From: an uncultured Thermoanaerobaculia bacterium
Lineage (GTDB): Bacteria > Acidobacteriota > Thermoanaerobaculia > Thermoanaerobaculales > Sulfomarinibacteraceae
Assembly (NCBI GenBank): GCA_964552395.1
Contig: CAZKGM010000004.1
Span: 4,749 to 68,748 of the forward strand
DNA length: 64,000 bases
Direction of reading: 5' to 3'
The notes below the pieces were generated by a model. It was given only the letters and a program-made list of their open reading frames with translations, was not told where the DNA came from and searched no databases. Below, piece by piece: positions 27,031-36,672 of this stretch (positions within the stretch are counted from its first letter, which is position 1; each line of letters begins with the position of its first letter). The translations under genes were made by a program, and so were the position numbers.

Positions 27031-28347
27031 ATGCGTGACCGGCCCGGATGGTCCATCGCCATGCTGCTTGCCTACGTGCTTCTCGTCGCGCCCGAGGCGA
27101 CGCCGGCTCAGCGGAGTGTGGAAACCGCTCAGAGCGTGCTGCTGCGTCCCCAGCGTGTGTTCGATGCTACTGGTCCCGCGACCCACGAGGGCTGGGTCGT
27201 GCTGGTTGCCGGCGACCGCATCGCCGCCGTCGGACCGGCCGCCGAGGTCGAGGCGCCGGCCGGCGCCAAGGTCATTGACCTGTCCGGCATGACCCTGCTG
27301 CCGGGCCTCATCGACGCCCACTCGCACATCTTCCTGCACCCTTACAACGAGACCTTGTGGAACGACCAGGTGCTCAAGGAACCGCTCGCCTACCGCACCA
27401 TCCTCGCGGTGCTTCACTGCCGGGCGACGTTGTTGGCCGGGTTCACGACGCTGCGCGACCTCGGGACGGAGGGCGCGGGCTACGCCGACCTGTCGGTCAA
27501 GCGCGCCATCGACGAGGGCCGTATCCCCGGCCCGCGGCTGTTCGTGGCGACGCGCGCGATCGTGGCTACCGCGAGCTACGGTCCCGGCCCGCTCGGCTTC
27601 GCGCCGAGCTTCGTGCCGCCCAAGGGCGCCCAGGAGGCCAGCGGTATCGCTGAGATCCTGCGTGCGGTTCGCGAGCAGGTCGGGCACGGCGCCGACTGGG
27701 TCAAGGTGTACGCCGACTACCGGCGCGGACCAGATCACACGGCGGTGCCGACGTTCTCGCTCGCCGAGCTGAAGACGCTGGTGAACGAGGCGCACAGCGC
27801 CGGCCGGCCGGTGTCGGCGCACGCGACGACCGCAGAGGGTATGCAGCGGGCGGTGCTGGCGGGCGTGCAAACCATCGAGCACGGCTACGGCGGCACCGAC
27901 GAGGTCTTCAAGCTGATGGCCGAGCACGGGGTCGCGTTCTTCCCGACGCTCACCGCCGAGGAGGCCTACTCGGAGTACTTCCACGGTTACGAGCGCGGCG
28001 CCAGGCCGTACACCGAGGGCATGAAGCAGGCGCTGCACGCCTTCTCGCTCGCCCTCGCCGACGGCGTCACCGTCGGCTGCGGCAGCGACGTCGGCGTGTT
28101 CACCCACGGCGAGAACTACCGCGAGCTCGAGTGGATGGTGAAGGGCGGCATGACCCCTGCGCAGGCACTGCTGGCGGCGACCGCAGTCAACGCCGGGGTG
28201 CTTGGCCAGCAGGACCGGTTTGGCCGCATCAAGGCCGGCCTCCTGGCCGATCTCATCGCGGTCCCGGGCGATCCCACGCGTGACCTCAGCGCCATCGAGA
28301 CCGTCCCCTTCGTCATGAAGGGTGGCCGGATCGTCAAGCAGCCGTAG
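27031..28347 (+). CDS. secreted amidohydrolase family protein (imidazolonepropionase / Xaa-Pro-dipeptidase-like)
   Basis: Track ORF 26974..28347. GAGGGAGG RBS then ATG 27031 ([27 protein letters not shown]). [11 protein letters not shown] (H-x-H), [18 protein letters not shown] and GSDVG motifs of the amidohydrolase_1 superfamily. Confidence 0.85.
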   Translation: MRDRPGWSIAMLLAYVLLVAPEATPAQRSVETAQSVLLRPQRVFDATGPATHEGWVVLVAGDRIAAVGPAAEVEAPAGAKVIDLSGMTLLPGLIDAHSHIFLHPYNETLWNDQVLKEPLAYRTILAVLHCRATLLAGFTTLRDLGTEGAGYADLSVKRAIDEGRIPGPRLFVATRAIVATASYGPGPLGFAPSFVPPKGAQEASGIAEILRAVREQVGHGADWVKVYADYRRGPDHTAVPTFSLAELKTLVNEAHSAGRPVSAHATTAEGMQRAVLAGVQTIEHGYGGTDEVFKLMAEHGVAFFPTLTAEEAYSEYFHGYERGARPYTEGMKQALHAFSLALADGVTVGCGSDVGVFTHGENYRELEWMVKGGMTPAQALLAATAVNAGVLGQQDRFGRIKAGLLADLIAVPGDPTRDLSAIETVPFVMKGGRIVKQP

Positions 28348-28458
28348 GGCGCGGAATCCGTCCGCGCCCGGGTCATCCCGCTACCAGTCTCCTCCCGTGA
28401 GGCGACCGGGCGCCGTACACGTACCCCTGGCTGCTATGATTCCGAGCGGAATCCAGCC

Positions 28459-28818
28459 ATGGGTCGAAGAACCTATCTTGTTGCGTGCCTGGTGGTTCTT
28501 CTCCTCGGAGGAGGGTTGCGTCTGTACCGCCTGGCGGATCGCTCGCTGTGGCTGGACGAGGCCAAGGTCGCGGGCCCGGAGTTCGTCTACGGCCGGAGCC
28601 ACCGAGATCATCCCGAGGAGTACGCTGCAGAGTTCCGTACTCTGGTGGGGGCGGAGACGAGAGAAGCCTGGCTGATCTTCTCCCACGTATCCTCCAAGGA
28701 GAAGCGGCGCCTGCTTGACGACCTCGCCTCGGAATGGAGGTTCCAGCCGGTCGTCACCGCGCGCGGCGCCGGTCTGTATCATGGCCGAGCCATCAGAGGT
28801 GCGGAGCTCCTGCGATGA
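28459..28818 (+). CDS. in-frame internal-deletion derivative of a GT39 (ArnT/PMT-like) glycosyltransferase paralog (119 aa; probably non-functional as a glycosyltransferase)
   Basis: MGRRTYLVACLVVLLLGGGLRLYRLADRSLWLDEAKVA|GPEFVYGRSHRDHPEEYAAEFRTLVGAETREAWLIFSHV... This equals residues 1-37 plus the last ~80 residues of the 493-aa protein encoded at 36673..38154. 30 nt of upstream DNA are also shared. Confidence 0.6.
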   Translation: MGRRTYLVACLVVLLLGGGLRLYRLADRSLWLDEAKVAGPEFVYGRSHRDHPEEYAAEFRTLVGAETREAWLIFSHVSSKEKRRLLDDLASEWRFQPVVTARGAGLYHGRAIRGAELLR

Positions 28819-28873
28819 GGCCACCCCGACGGCCCGAGATGAGGCCGCTATCGATTCAGGGAGGTGATTGAAA

Positions 28874-29353
28874 GTGAGGCTGTACTTCCTTCGGCACGGG
28901 AACGCCTCTTCAAACCAAGAGTGGTCGGGTGACGACACGCTCCGGCCGTTAACTGAGAAGGGCAGGAAGGTCCTGGACGGTGTCGCGGGATTCCTCGCCG
29001 ACCAGCGACTCGGCATCGACCTTGTTGTCGCGAGCCCTCTGGTACGCGCGTTACAGACGGCGCAGCTGGTGGCGAAGCGTCTCGGGCTGACCGACCGGCT
29101 CGAGACCGACGAGCGGCTGGCGCCGGGCTTCGGGCCGGCGACGCTTGGCGAGCTTCTGCGGTCTCACGCGGACCTGGGCGCGCTCATGCTCGTCGGCCAC
29201 GAGCCCGACTTCAGCAACACTGTCGGCGCCCTGATCGGCCGCGGCCGTGTCGTGTGCAAGAAGGGCAGTGTGGCCTGCGTGAACGTGCCCGACATCGCGA
29301 CCATCGAGGGCGAGCTGGAGTGGCTCCTGCCGCCCGGCCTGCTGACCCCATAG
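28874..29353 (+). CDS. sixA: phosphohistidine phosphatase SixA-like (histidine phosphatase superfamily)
   Basis: Track ORF 28868..29353. GTG 28874 gives M-RLYFLRHGNA, the RHG catalytic motif at the extreme N-terminus as in SixA. Also SPLVRALQTA and VGHEPDFS. Size ~160 aa. Confidence 0.75.
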   Translation: MRLYFLRHGNASSNQEWSGDDTLRPLTEKGRKVLDGVAGFLADQRLGIDLVVASPLVRALQTAQLVAKRLGLTDRLETDERLAPGFGPATLGELLRSHADLGALMLVGHEPDFSNTVGALIGRGRVVCKKGSVACVNVPDIATIEGELEWLLPPGLLTP

Positions 29354-29511
29354 GACCGGGCTGGAGTTACCGGGATGGCGCGCCCGGAGGGAACAAGGCC
29401 GCAGGCAGGCCGGGAGACCCGTACGCCGAGCTCGCGAGCTCGCCGCTGGGCGAACGCAAGGTTGCTACCGGTCGTCTCGCGCATCCAGCGAACGGAGGTA
29501 ATATCGGGATC

Positions 29512-29739
29512 GTGACCAAGCGACATCCAGTCGGAGCGCTCATTCTGGCTCTCATACCGGCGCTGGCCCTGGTGGCTGGCCTGCCGTTCGTGAACCGGGT
29601 CGACCCGACCGTGCTCGGCCTCCCGTTCCTGCTGGCCTGGATTCTCGGCTGGGTCCTTGTCACGCCGCTCTTCCTCGCTGGTGCCTACGTCCTTGCCCAA
29701 CCGAAGGACGGTGGCGCGGGGGGCGGAGCGGACCGGTGA
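29512..29739 (+). CDS. DUF3311-like small membrane protein (accessory subunit preceding a sodium:solute symporter)
   Basis: Inside track ORF 29254..29739. GGAGGT RBS then GTG 29512, in frame. KRHPVGALILALIPALALVAGLPFVNRVDPTVLGLPFLLAWILGWVLVTPLFLAGAY gives two TM helices. The stop overlaps the symporter start (GTGA). Confidence 0.65.
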   Translation: MTKRHPVGALILALIPALALVAGLPFVNRVDPTVLGLPFLLAWILGWVLVTPLFLAGAYVLAQPKDGGAGGGADR

Positions 29740-31184
29740 CGACCCCCCTCCTCGTCATCGTCGCCTTCGTTTTCGTGTCGACGGTGGTCGGCGTGATCGG
29801 CCGCGGGCGGGGCACGATGGACGTCGAGCGGTGGAGCGTCGGCGGCCGTCAGTTCGGCGTGGTCTTGGTCTGGCTGCTGATGGCGGGCGAGATCTACACC
29901 ACTTTCACGTTCTTGGGCGCGAGCGGCTGGGCCTACTCGCACGGCGGGCCGGCGTTCTACATCCTCGCCTACGGCACGCTCGGCTACATCATCTCGTTCT
30001 TCCTGCTGCCGCCGGTGTGGCGGATGGCGAAACGCCTCAAGCTACACACCCAGCCGGACTTCTTCCTTGCGCGCTACAACAGCCAGGCGCTGGCTGGCGT
30101 CGCGGTGCTGATCGCGGTGGTCTCGATCGTGCCCTACCTGCAGCTGCAGCTTGCCGGCCTCGGCATGATCGTCGAGATCGCCAGCGCCGGCGCGATCACC
30201 TCCCACGTGGCCATCGTGGTGGCGTTCGTCGCCACCTGCATCTTCGTCTACACCAGCGGGATCAGGGGGATCGCCTGGGTGGCGATCATCAAGGACGTGG
30301 CGATGATCGTCGCCGTGGTCATCATCGGCATCGGGCTGCCGGCGATGTACTTCGGCGGCGTGGGCAAGATGTTCGCCGAGCTGATGCGCCAGCACCCCAC
30401 CCACCTGACCTTCCCGGGAGCGACGCCGGTGATGGGCGTTCGATGGGTGGTCAGCACCGTCCTGCTCACCGGCATGGGCTTCTACTGCTGGCCGCACACC
30501 TTCGCGTCGGCGTTCTCCGCCAAGGACGACCGCACTCTCCGGCGCAACGCGATCGTGATGCCGCTGTACCAGCTGCCGATCCTGCTCGTGTTCTTCGTCG
30601 GTTTCACCGCGCTGCTTGTCATGCCGGGGCTGAAGAACCCGGACACCGCGCTGTTGGTGCTGGTCACCCGCAGCTACCCGGGCTGGTTCGCCGGTTTCAT
30701 CGGCGGCGCCGGCGCGGTCACGGCGATGGTGCCCGCGGCCATGCTCCTGCTCGGGGCGGCGACGCTGGTTGCCAAGAACCTCTACCGGCCGCTGCGGCGC
30801 CGCCCGGTCAGCGAGCAGCACCTGATGCGCGCCTCGCGCGGCTTCATGCTGCTGATCGCGGTTGCGGCGCTGCTGCTCGCCCTGTGGTCGCCGCACGAGC
30901 TGGTGATGCTGCTGATCTTTGGCTACGACGGCGTCGCGCAGCTGTTCCCGGCGATCGTGCTCGGCGTGTTCGCACGGCGCGCGACGGTCCGCCCCGTCAT
31001 GCTGGGGCTGGTGGCCGGGGTGCTGACGGTGATCGGCCTCATCTGGAGCGGCCACGATCCGTTCCTCGGCCTCAACGCCGGCTTCGTCGCGCTGGCCGTC
31101 AACGGGGCGGTGACGCTCGTTTCCATGGCCATCCTGGACCGGGGTGCGCTGGCCGGGGCGGCCGCTCCCGAACCGGAACATTGA
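29736..31184 (+). CDS. sodium:solute symporter (SSS) family transporter
   Basis: 482 aa and about 12-13 TM helices. The N-terminal pattern ..WSVGGRQFGVVLVWLLMAGEIYTTFTFLGASGWAYSHG.. is typical of SSS permeases partnered with DUF3311. Confidence 0.85.
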   Translation: MTTPLLVIVAFVFVSTVVGVIGRGRGTMDVERWSVGGRQFGVVLVWLLMAGEIYTTFTFLGASGWAYSHGGPAFYILAYGTLGYIISFFLLPPVWRMAKRLKLHTQPDFFLARYNSQALAGVAVLIAVVSIVPYLQLQLAGLGMIVEIASAGAITSHVAIVVAFVATCIFVYTSGIRGIAWVAIIKDVAMIVAVVIIGIGLPAMYFGGVGKMFAELMRQHPTHLTFPGATPVMGVRWVVSTVLLTGMGFYCWPHTFASAFSAKDDRTLRRNAIVMPLYQLPILLVFFVGFTALLVMPGLKNPDTALLVLVTRSYPGWFAGFIGGAGAVTAMVPAAMLLLGAATLVAKNLYRPLRRRPVSEQHLMRASRGFMLLIAVAALLLALWSPHELVMLLIFGYDGVAQLFPAIVLGVFARRATVRPVMLGLVAGVLTVIGLIWSGHDPFLGLNAGFVALAVNGAVTLVSMAILDRGALAGAAAPEPEH

Positions 31185-31210
31185 ACCTAGCGTCCCGGGA
31201 GGGCGGAACG

Positions 31211-32368
31211 ATGGACAACCTCGCAGCCGAGATCGAGTCGATGGCCGGAACTCTCGTGGAGTGGCGGCGTGACTTTCACCGGCACCCAGAGCTGGCGTTC
31301 GAGGAGCGGCGGACGTCGGCCGTGATCCGCGAGTTCCTGGAGTCCGAGGGGATCGAGGTCCGGCCTTGCGGGCGCACCGGGCTGCGCGGCGTGCTCCGCG
31401 GCGGGAAGCCGGGCCGGACGGTGGCGCTGCGGGCCGACATGGATGCATTGCCCGTGGCCGAGCTCACCGACCACGACTACAGGTCCGAGAACCCCGGTGT
31501 CATGCACGCGTGCGGGCACGACGGCCACATGGCGATCCTGATGGGCGCCGCCAGGGTCCTCGCCGCCCATCGCGACACCCTTCCGGGAACCGTCGTGCTC
31601 CTCTTTCAGCCCTCCGAGGAAAGCCCGCCAGGTGGCGCGCGGCTGATGATCGAGGAGGGCGCCCTGGACGGCGTGGAAGCCATCTTCGGGCTCCACCTCT
31701 GGCAGCCGATGCCGTCAGGCGTCGTCGGCCTGCGCGCCGGCGCCTCGATGGCCCAGGCCGACGAGTTCGAGGTGGTCGTCGAGGGGCGCGGCGGCCACGC
31801 GTCGCAGCCGGACAGGACGATCGACCCGGTTCTGATCGCGTCTCACGTCGTGGTGGCCGCGCAGAGCATTGTCAGCCGGTTCACGAACCCGCTCGAGCCC
31901 GCGGTGGTGTCGTTCACGACCATCCACGGCGGCCGGATCCACAACATCATCCCGGACTCGGTGACCATGACCGGTACCGTGCGGACCCTCGATCCCGCCG
32001 CGCAGCGTGCCGTCAAGAAGCGACTGGGCGAGGTCTGCGAGGCGACCTGCCGGCTGTTTGGCGCGACCGCGAAGTTCACGTACAAGGACGGCTACCCGCC
32101 GGTTATCAACGATGCCGCTTCCGTGGAGCTCGTGCGCAGGGTGGCCGCCAGTGAGCTGGGTGCGGACGCCGTCGAGACCATCACGCCGATCATGGGCGGG
32201 GAGGACTTCGCCTACTACCTGCAGCACGTGCCTGGCGCGTTCGCACTGCTCGGGATCGGGGACGACAGGCCTCACCCCCACCACAGCGCCCGCTTCGACC
32301 TCGACGAGAGCGTCCTGCCGGTGGGCGTCCGGCTGATGACGGCGGTGGCGCTGGAGATGCTGAAGTAG
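31211..32368 (+). CDS. M20-family amidohydrolase (N-acyl-L-amino-acid amidohydrolase / hippurate hydrolase-like)
   Basis: This is the C-terminal part of the artefactual 903-aa track ORF. ATG 31211 gives MDNLAAEIESMAGTLVEWRRDFHRHPELAFEERRTSAVIREFLE. Also ALRADMDALP, MHACGHDGH, LLFQPSEE, HLWQ and GGEDFAYY, the canonical M20D motifs. Confidence 0.9.
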   Translation: MDNLAAEIESMAGTLVEWRRDFHRHPELAFEERRTSAVIREFLESEGIEVRPCGRTGLRGVLRGGKPGRTVALRADMDALPVAELTDHDYRSENPGVMHACGHDGHMAILMGAARVLAAHRDTLPGTVVLLFQPSEESPPGGARLMIEEGALDGVEAIFGLHLWQPMPSGVVGLRAGASMAQADEFEVVVEGRGGHASQPDRTIDPVLIASHVVVAAQSIVSRFTNPLEPAVVSFTTIHGGRIHNIIPDSVTMTGTVRTLDPAAQRAVKKRLGEVCEATCRLFGATAKFTYKDGYPPVINDAASVELVRRVAASELGADAVETITPIMGGEDFAYYLQHVPGAFALLGIGDDRPHPHHSARFDLDESVLPVGVRLMTAVALEMLK

Positions 32369-32369
32369 G

Positions 32370-32393
32370 GAGCCTTCCTGGCTCTTTGTTGCC
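32370..32393 (+). terminator. possible weak terminator after the M20 gene
   Basis: GAGCC-ttcct-GGCTC followed by TTTGTTGCC. The stem is only 5 bp. Confidence 0.3.
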
Positions 32394-32408
32394 GCTGTCT
32401 GGGCGCCT

Positions 32409-33614
32409 CTAACGACGAACCAGCTCGACCCGACGGTTCAGCGCCCGTCCTTCAACCGTCTCGTTCGAGGCCTTGGGGCGGGATTCGCCGTACCCGGCAG
32501 TCACGAGACGCGTGGCGGCGATTCCGTAGCTTTCAACCAGAGCCCGTTTGACCGCGGCCGCGCGCCGTGTCGAGAGATCCTGGTTGTAGGCAGGGCCGCC
32601 GATCGAGTCGGTGTGCCCTTCGATCGACAGCCGCCAGTCCGCGTGACCCTTCAGCACCGAAGCGATCTCCTGCAGCACCGTCTGCGACTCCGGCTTGAGC
32701 GTGTCGCTGGCGAAGTCGAAGTAGATGCCATATACCACCGCACGCCCGGTTGAGGCGAGGTTCTCGGCAATCCGTTCCGCTGTGCCGTGCCCCGGCGACG
32801 CAGTTGGTACCTCGATGCGGATGACCCGCAGGCGGCCGGACTCTCCGATCTTCCACGACAGCGCCAGCGCGTTCTCGGGATCGTCGAGCAGATAGAACTC
32901 GCACGGACGGTCCCCGAGGGTCCCGGTGGCATGGACCGCAGGCAGCCTGGTCGTCTTGCCGTTGACCTGCACCTCGAACGCGACCGGCTGCGGTTCGACG
33001 CGGTGGATCGAGCCCTTCAGCACGTCGAGCTCCTCCAGCTCGCTGGTGTCCACGGCGTCCTTCATCTCCGACCCGGCCATCCGCTGAATCATCGAGCTCA
33101 GTCCGGTCGCGAGGCCGGCCCCGACCCCCGCGTCGCGGACACTCAGCTGACTCGCTTTCTTGGCACGCAGATCGAGCAGCACCGCGCGTGACACGCCGAG
33201 GGCGGTCGAACCGGGGATCGTCTGCGGGATCCCCTCGCCGAAGTACTGCATGTAGTCCCGGGCTTCGAGAAGGTCCTGTCGACGGACCGTGCGGTTGCCG
33301 TGGACATGGCGAGCGTCCGCCGGCTTCCGGCTCGTGGAGCCCTTCTCCTGCTCGTCACCCAGAGCTCCCATGAGTGAGGACAGCGTGCCGTTTCCCGCGG
33401 GCAGATCGGCGTTGTAGGTAAGCGTGACACCGTCGGCATCGACGGTCGTGATCCGCTTGATCGACTCGAAATCACCAACCCCCTCCTGGGTTACCGCGGT
33501 CACGATCGTCAGCCCCGGCCGCAATGGGATCTTGCTCTGTGAGTGCTCCTGAGCCGCCGCAGCGGCCGCCAGCACACAGACAGGTAAGAGCACCGCAACG
33601 GATCGCCATCTCAT
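32409..33614 (-). CDS. OmpA-family protein with uncharacterised ~280-aa N-terminal domain
   Basis: Track ORF 32409..33674. GAGGAGG RBS then ATG 33614 (MRWRSVAVLLPVCVLAAAAAAQE signal). C-terminal OmpA_C: FDFASDTLKPES..LEIASVLKGHADWRLSIEGHTDSIGGPAYNQDLSTRRAAAVKRALV..NRRVELV. Confidence 0.85.
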   Translation of the reverse strand: MRWRSVAVLLPVCVLAAAAAAQEHSQSKIPLRPGLTIVTAVTQEGVGDFESIKRITTVDADGVTLTYNADLPAGNGTLSSLMGALGDEQEKGSTSRKPADARHVHGNRTVRRQDLLEARDYMQYFGEGIPQTIPGSTALGVSRAVLLDLRAKKASQLSVRDAGVGAGLATGLSSMIQRMAGSEMKDAVDTSELEELDVLKGSIHRVEPQPVAFEVQVNGKTTRLPAVHATGTLGDRPCEFYLLDDPENALALSWKIGESGRLRVIRIEVPTASPGHGTAERIAENLASTGRAVVYGIYFDFASDTLKPESQTVLQEIASVLKGHADWRLSIEGHTDSIGGPAYNQDLSTRRAAAVKRALVESYGIAATRLVTAGYGESRPKASNETVEGRALNRRVELVRR

Positions 33615-33649
33615 TCTCCACCTCCTCACGTCCAGCTGGGGCGGACGGG

Positions 33650-35389
33650 TCAGTACGGGCAGCCCGGGTTGCACGCCTTCAGCTGGACCATAAAGTCGAC
33701 CTTGGTGTCTCCCAGGTCCTCGTGCCGTGTGTAGGACTTCTGCACGTACGATGTCTTCTTCTTCGCATCGGTGAGAACCTGCAACGCGAACGGTTCTGAG
33801 CTCTTTCCGCGTTCCTTGTGTGTACCGCGCGAGAGAATGAATTGGGCCCCCTGGTAGGGGATCTCGACGCGGGTGACGTACGGGATGGGCAGCGCCGGCT
33901 CGAGCATGATGTAGAAGAGGAGGCCCTTGACGCGGTCTGGATAATCCATCGTCGCCGCCTTGAACTTGATCGCCATCTCGTTTCCCTGCAGCAGCCCCTC
34001 GACCGGCACGAAGAAGTAACCCGGCGTCACTCCCAGCTTGGCGAGTGATGCTCGCGTCAGCTTCCCGACCTCGGCCAGATGTGCGTTGACGCCTAACGGA
34101 GCCGCCCGGGTGAAGTGAGCGATCGTGAAACGCCTGAGGTTCGGCTGCAGGAGTACAGCGTCGTCCCAGAGCTTGTCGAACTGCGCCGCCCCCTCAAACT
34201 CTCCGCTCAGCTGTGCCGGCGTCCCGGCGTTCTTGTCGTAGCGCAGCGTCATGATGCCGGACAGCCGGATGTCATACACCAGCCAGGGCTTTCGGCCTGT
34301 GTCGTACTCCACGTGAAGCGACGCCTCGAACGGCCCCTCGTATTTCTCGCAGTAGACGCCGAACACCTCCATCGCGGTGAAGCTGATGGCATCGGAGATG
34401 TAGCCGTTCACCGCACCTTCCCAGCTTGTAACCGGCTGGAAGAACTCCTTGGCGTGCCTTGCAAGGGTGTCGACCGCGAACTTGGCGTCGGAATGTGCGG
34501 CCAGGTAAGGCACCCTCGTGCTGACGCGAGCGGCAAAGCTGTTTCCGAGCACCCCGAGGGCGATGTCCAGGGGCTCCTTCAGCAGCAGGAGCGCGTTGCC
34601 GAGGAAGGTGATCGCCTCGCCCGCCATGTCCAGGCGGTTGCAGTCCGTGATCCCCACAGTGACCTGTCCCGCCCGCCGCACCAGCTGCTTCGCGAGCTCA
34701 TCCCCTTTCTCCTTGAGCTCGCCGAAGGCGTCGTAGATCGGCTGCACCTCGGGCATTGCGTCCGGATACTGCTTGACGATCTCATTCACGTCGTTCATCG
34801 CCGTTTGCAGGTTTGCGACCTGCGCAGGAGCCTGTGCCAACTGCTGCCGAATCGTCTTCAGACGGTGCAGCAGCTCCTGCTGTGGTGGCGACGCCGGGAC
34901 TTTTCCCACCTGGGTTGCGAGCGCCGCGACCTGCCCGTCCACCTTGTCGAGTAGCGTCTTGACAGCGGCGACTGTCTGTTGGGTGAACTCGACCGGCGCC
35001 GCGGCCACGAAGCTGGTCGTGGCCTTGGCCTTGCCATCCGGGGAGACCGCGGTCACATGGTACTTCCCGATCTTCTGGGGTACGTAGGAGACGTGGAACG
35101 AGCCGCTCGCCTCGAGCTTGGCCTCGATGACGTGTTCGGAACCCGCTGGCGGCTGAACACGAACGACGACCGTGTTGCGCTGTCCCAGCGCAACGCTCGT
35201 GCCCTGAATCTGGACCGTCTCTCCGGGCAGTGCCAGCGACCTGCTGACCCGCGCGTCGATCGGCGTGGCGACTTTCTTCATCTCCTGGGCTTGCGCAGAG
35301 CCGACACCGAGCAGCTCGGTGGCAAGCAGCGCGAGCAAGATCCGATGGGATCGTCGGGCGCTTCGACTCAAACCGTGTTCTCTCGACAT
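33650..35389 (-). CDS. large secreted hypothetical protein (Ig-like N-terminal region, coiled-coil segment, unknown C-terminal domain)
   Basis: Track ORF 33650..35713. ATG 35389 gives MSREHGLSRSARRSHRILLALLATELLGVGSAQA (signal). A Gln/Ala-rich helical stretch follows (PPQQELLHRLKTIRQQLAQAPAQVANLQTAMNDVNEIVKQ). No family recognised. Its stop is 35 nt upstream of the OmpA-family gene, so the two are likely an operon. Confidence 0.7.
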   Translation of the reverse strand: MSREHGLSRSARRSHRILLALLATELLGVGSAQAQEMKKVATPIDARVSRSLALPGETVQIQGTSVALGQRNTVVVRVQPPAGSEHVIEAKLEASGSFHVSYVPQKIGKYHVTAVSPDGKAKATTSFVAAAPVEFTQQTVAAVKTLLDKVDGQVAALATQVGKVPASPPQQELLHRLKTIRQQLAQAPAQVANLQTAMNDVNEIVKQYPDAMPEVQPIYDAFGELKEKGDELAKQLVRRAGQVTVGITDCNRLDMAGEAITFLGNALLLLKEPLDIALGVLGNSFAARVSTRVPYLAAHSDAKFAVDTLARHAKEFFQPVTSWEGAVNGYISDAISFTAMEVFGVYCEKYEGPFEASLHVEYDTGRKPWLVYDIRLSGIMTLRYDKNAGTPAQLSGEFEGAAQFDKLWDDAVLLQPNLRRFTIAHFTRAAPLGVNAHLAEVGKLTRASLAKLGVTPGYFFVPVEGLLQGNEMAIKFKAATMDYPDRVKGLLFYIMLEPALPIPYVTRVEIPYQGAQFILSRGTHKERGKSSEPFALQVLTDAKKKTSYVQKSYTRHEDLGDTKVDFMVQLKACNPGCPY

Positions 35390-35689
35390 CTTCCTACTCC
35401 TCGTCTGCCGGTCCCGAGGTCGACTGGCTGGCCGGGGTCTCTCCTGACTCGAACAACGCATTTCATCCTGAAGGGGGGCCATCGAGGCTCTCCAACCGGA
35501 TCGCAGTCCGCTTCGGGGGACGAGATTTCTCTTCGTTGGAGCGAAGTGTAGCAGACGGCTACGCTTCGGGATCGGACTGAGCACGGCTCCACGAGGCCCT
35601 GTTCCACAACGGGCGTAAGATGGACGCACGTCCGAAACAGGGTCTATCCGGGCAGGTATGGTTGTACGAACGGGATCGAGGAGGTCCAC

Positions 35690-36316
35690 ATGCGATCGTC
35701 GTTGGTTCATCACGTAGGTGTAATGATGCTGGGAGCTTGCGTTGCACTGTCTGTCGGGTGCGGCGGCGGAAAGACCAGCTCCGAACCGGCCGCGTCCACG
35801 GCCGGTGAAACTGTTGACCAGTCACCGCGCGGGTCGAGCGCGGTCGCCATCTCGCGGGCATCCGTCGAGAGCTGCGGCGGATTCACTGTCGAGAGAGCCG
35901 CCGGGATTCTCGGGGTCGACGCCTCGAGGTTGGTCGACAAGAGCGCCTGGGCATCGTGGTCGGACCAGCAGCGGGAGTGCCTGTTCCGGGATCGTGAGGA
36001 CCTTGCCGGGCCCTCGGTCTGGTTCAACCTGACGATCGAAGAGTCGGTGGACAAGGCGGCGTTGGGAATGGCCCAGCTGCGCGAGCACGCCGCCGTCGGC
36101 GGCAAGGCGATCGATGCGGTAACTGGAAGCAAGACGACGGAGTATGCCGACGCGCAGTTCGCCGGCATCGGCGATGAAGCGTTCTGGGTTGGTACCAGCG
36201 CCGCCCTGGCCATGCGCCGGGGCGACGTGACCGCGCTGATCGGTGTGCGAGGCGTCGACGGGGTGGTCGAGAAGACCAAGGTCGTCGCTCGCGAGCTTGC
36301 AGCCGGTCTGCACTGA
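35690..36316 (+). CDS. hypothetical lipoprotein
   Basis: 208 aa. GAGGAGG RBS. Lipobox MMLGACVALSVGCGGGK. No family recognised. Confidence 0.65.
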   Translation: MRSSLVHHVGVMMLGACVALSVGCGGGKTSSEPAASTAGETVDQSPRGSSAVAISRASVESCGGFTVERAAGILGVDASRLVDKSAWASWSDQQRECLFRDREDLAGPSVWFNLTIEESVDKAALGMAQLREHAAVGGKAIDAVTGSKTTEYADAQFAGIGDEAFWVGTSAALAMRRGDVTALIGVRGVDGVVEKTKVVARELAAGLH

Positions 36317-36437
36317 CTGGGGCAGGCGGCGCGGGAGGTGAGCGGCGCCTCAATGTGAATCAAGAACCCCTCATCGTGCGGTGATCACCAGTCACCTGGC
36401 GAGCTTGCACCGCCCGATCAACACGGGGGTTTCAAGG

Positions 36438-36653
36438 ATGAAGAGGTGTTTCGGTTTCTTGCTGGCAAACCTGGTGGCAGTCGGTGCAATGGCGCTCATC
36501 CCACCGCAGTACTACCAGCAGCGCCTCTTGAAGGCCGCGATCGACGCCAGCCGCCGGCCCGTCTCACTCGCGGCGTATCCTCGAACCCCGCTCATCGGGG
36601 CCCTCCGCCGGACATACAATGGGACGCCGGCCAGTTGTCCTCGGCTGCTATGA
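36438..36653 (+). CDS. possible small membrane-anchored protein
   Basis: Inner ATG of track ORF 36381..36653. MKRCFGFLLANLVAVGAMALIPPQYYQQRLLKAAIDASRRP.. One hydrophobic helix, weak RBS, moderate GC3. Confidence 0.3.
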   Translation: MKRCFGFLLANLVAVGAMALIPPQYYQQRLLKAAIDASRRPVSLAAYPRTPLIGALRRTYNGTPASCPRLL

Positions 36654-36672
36654 TTCCGAGCGGAATCCAGCC

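Noticed and set aside
29657-32368. 903-aa track ORF spanning the symporter region and the M20 gene.
   Set aside because: Only the last 385 codons (from ATG 31211) show M20 motifs. The upstream part overlaps the well-supported DUF3311 and SSS genes in another frame and reads as Arg/Gly-rich noise.
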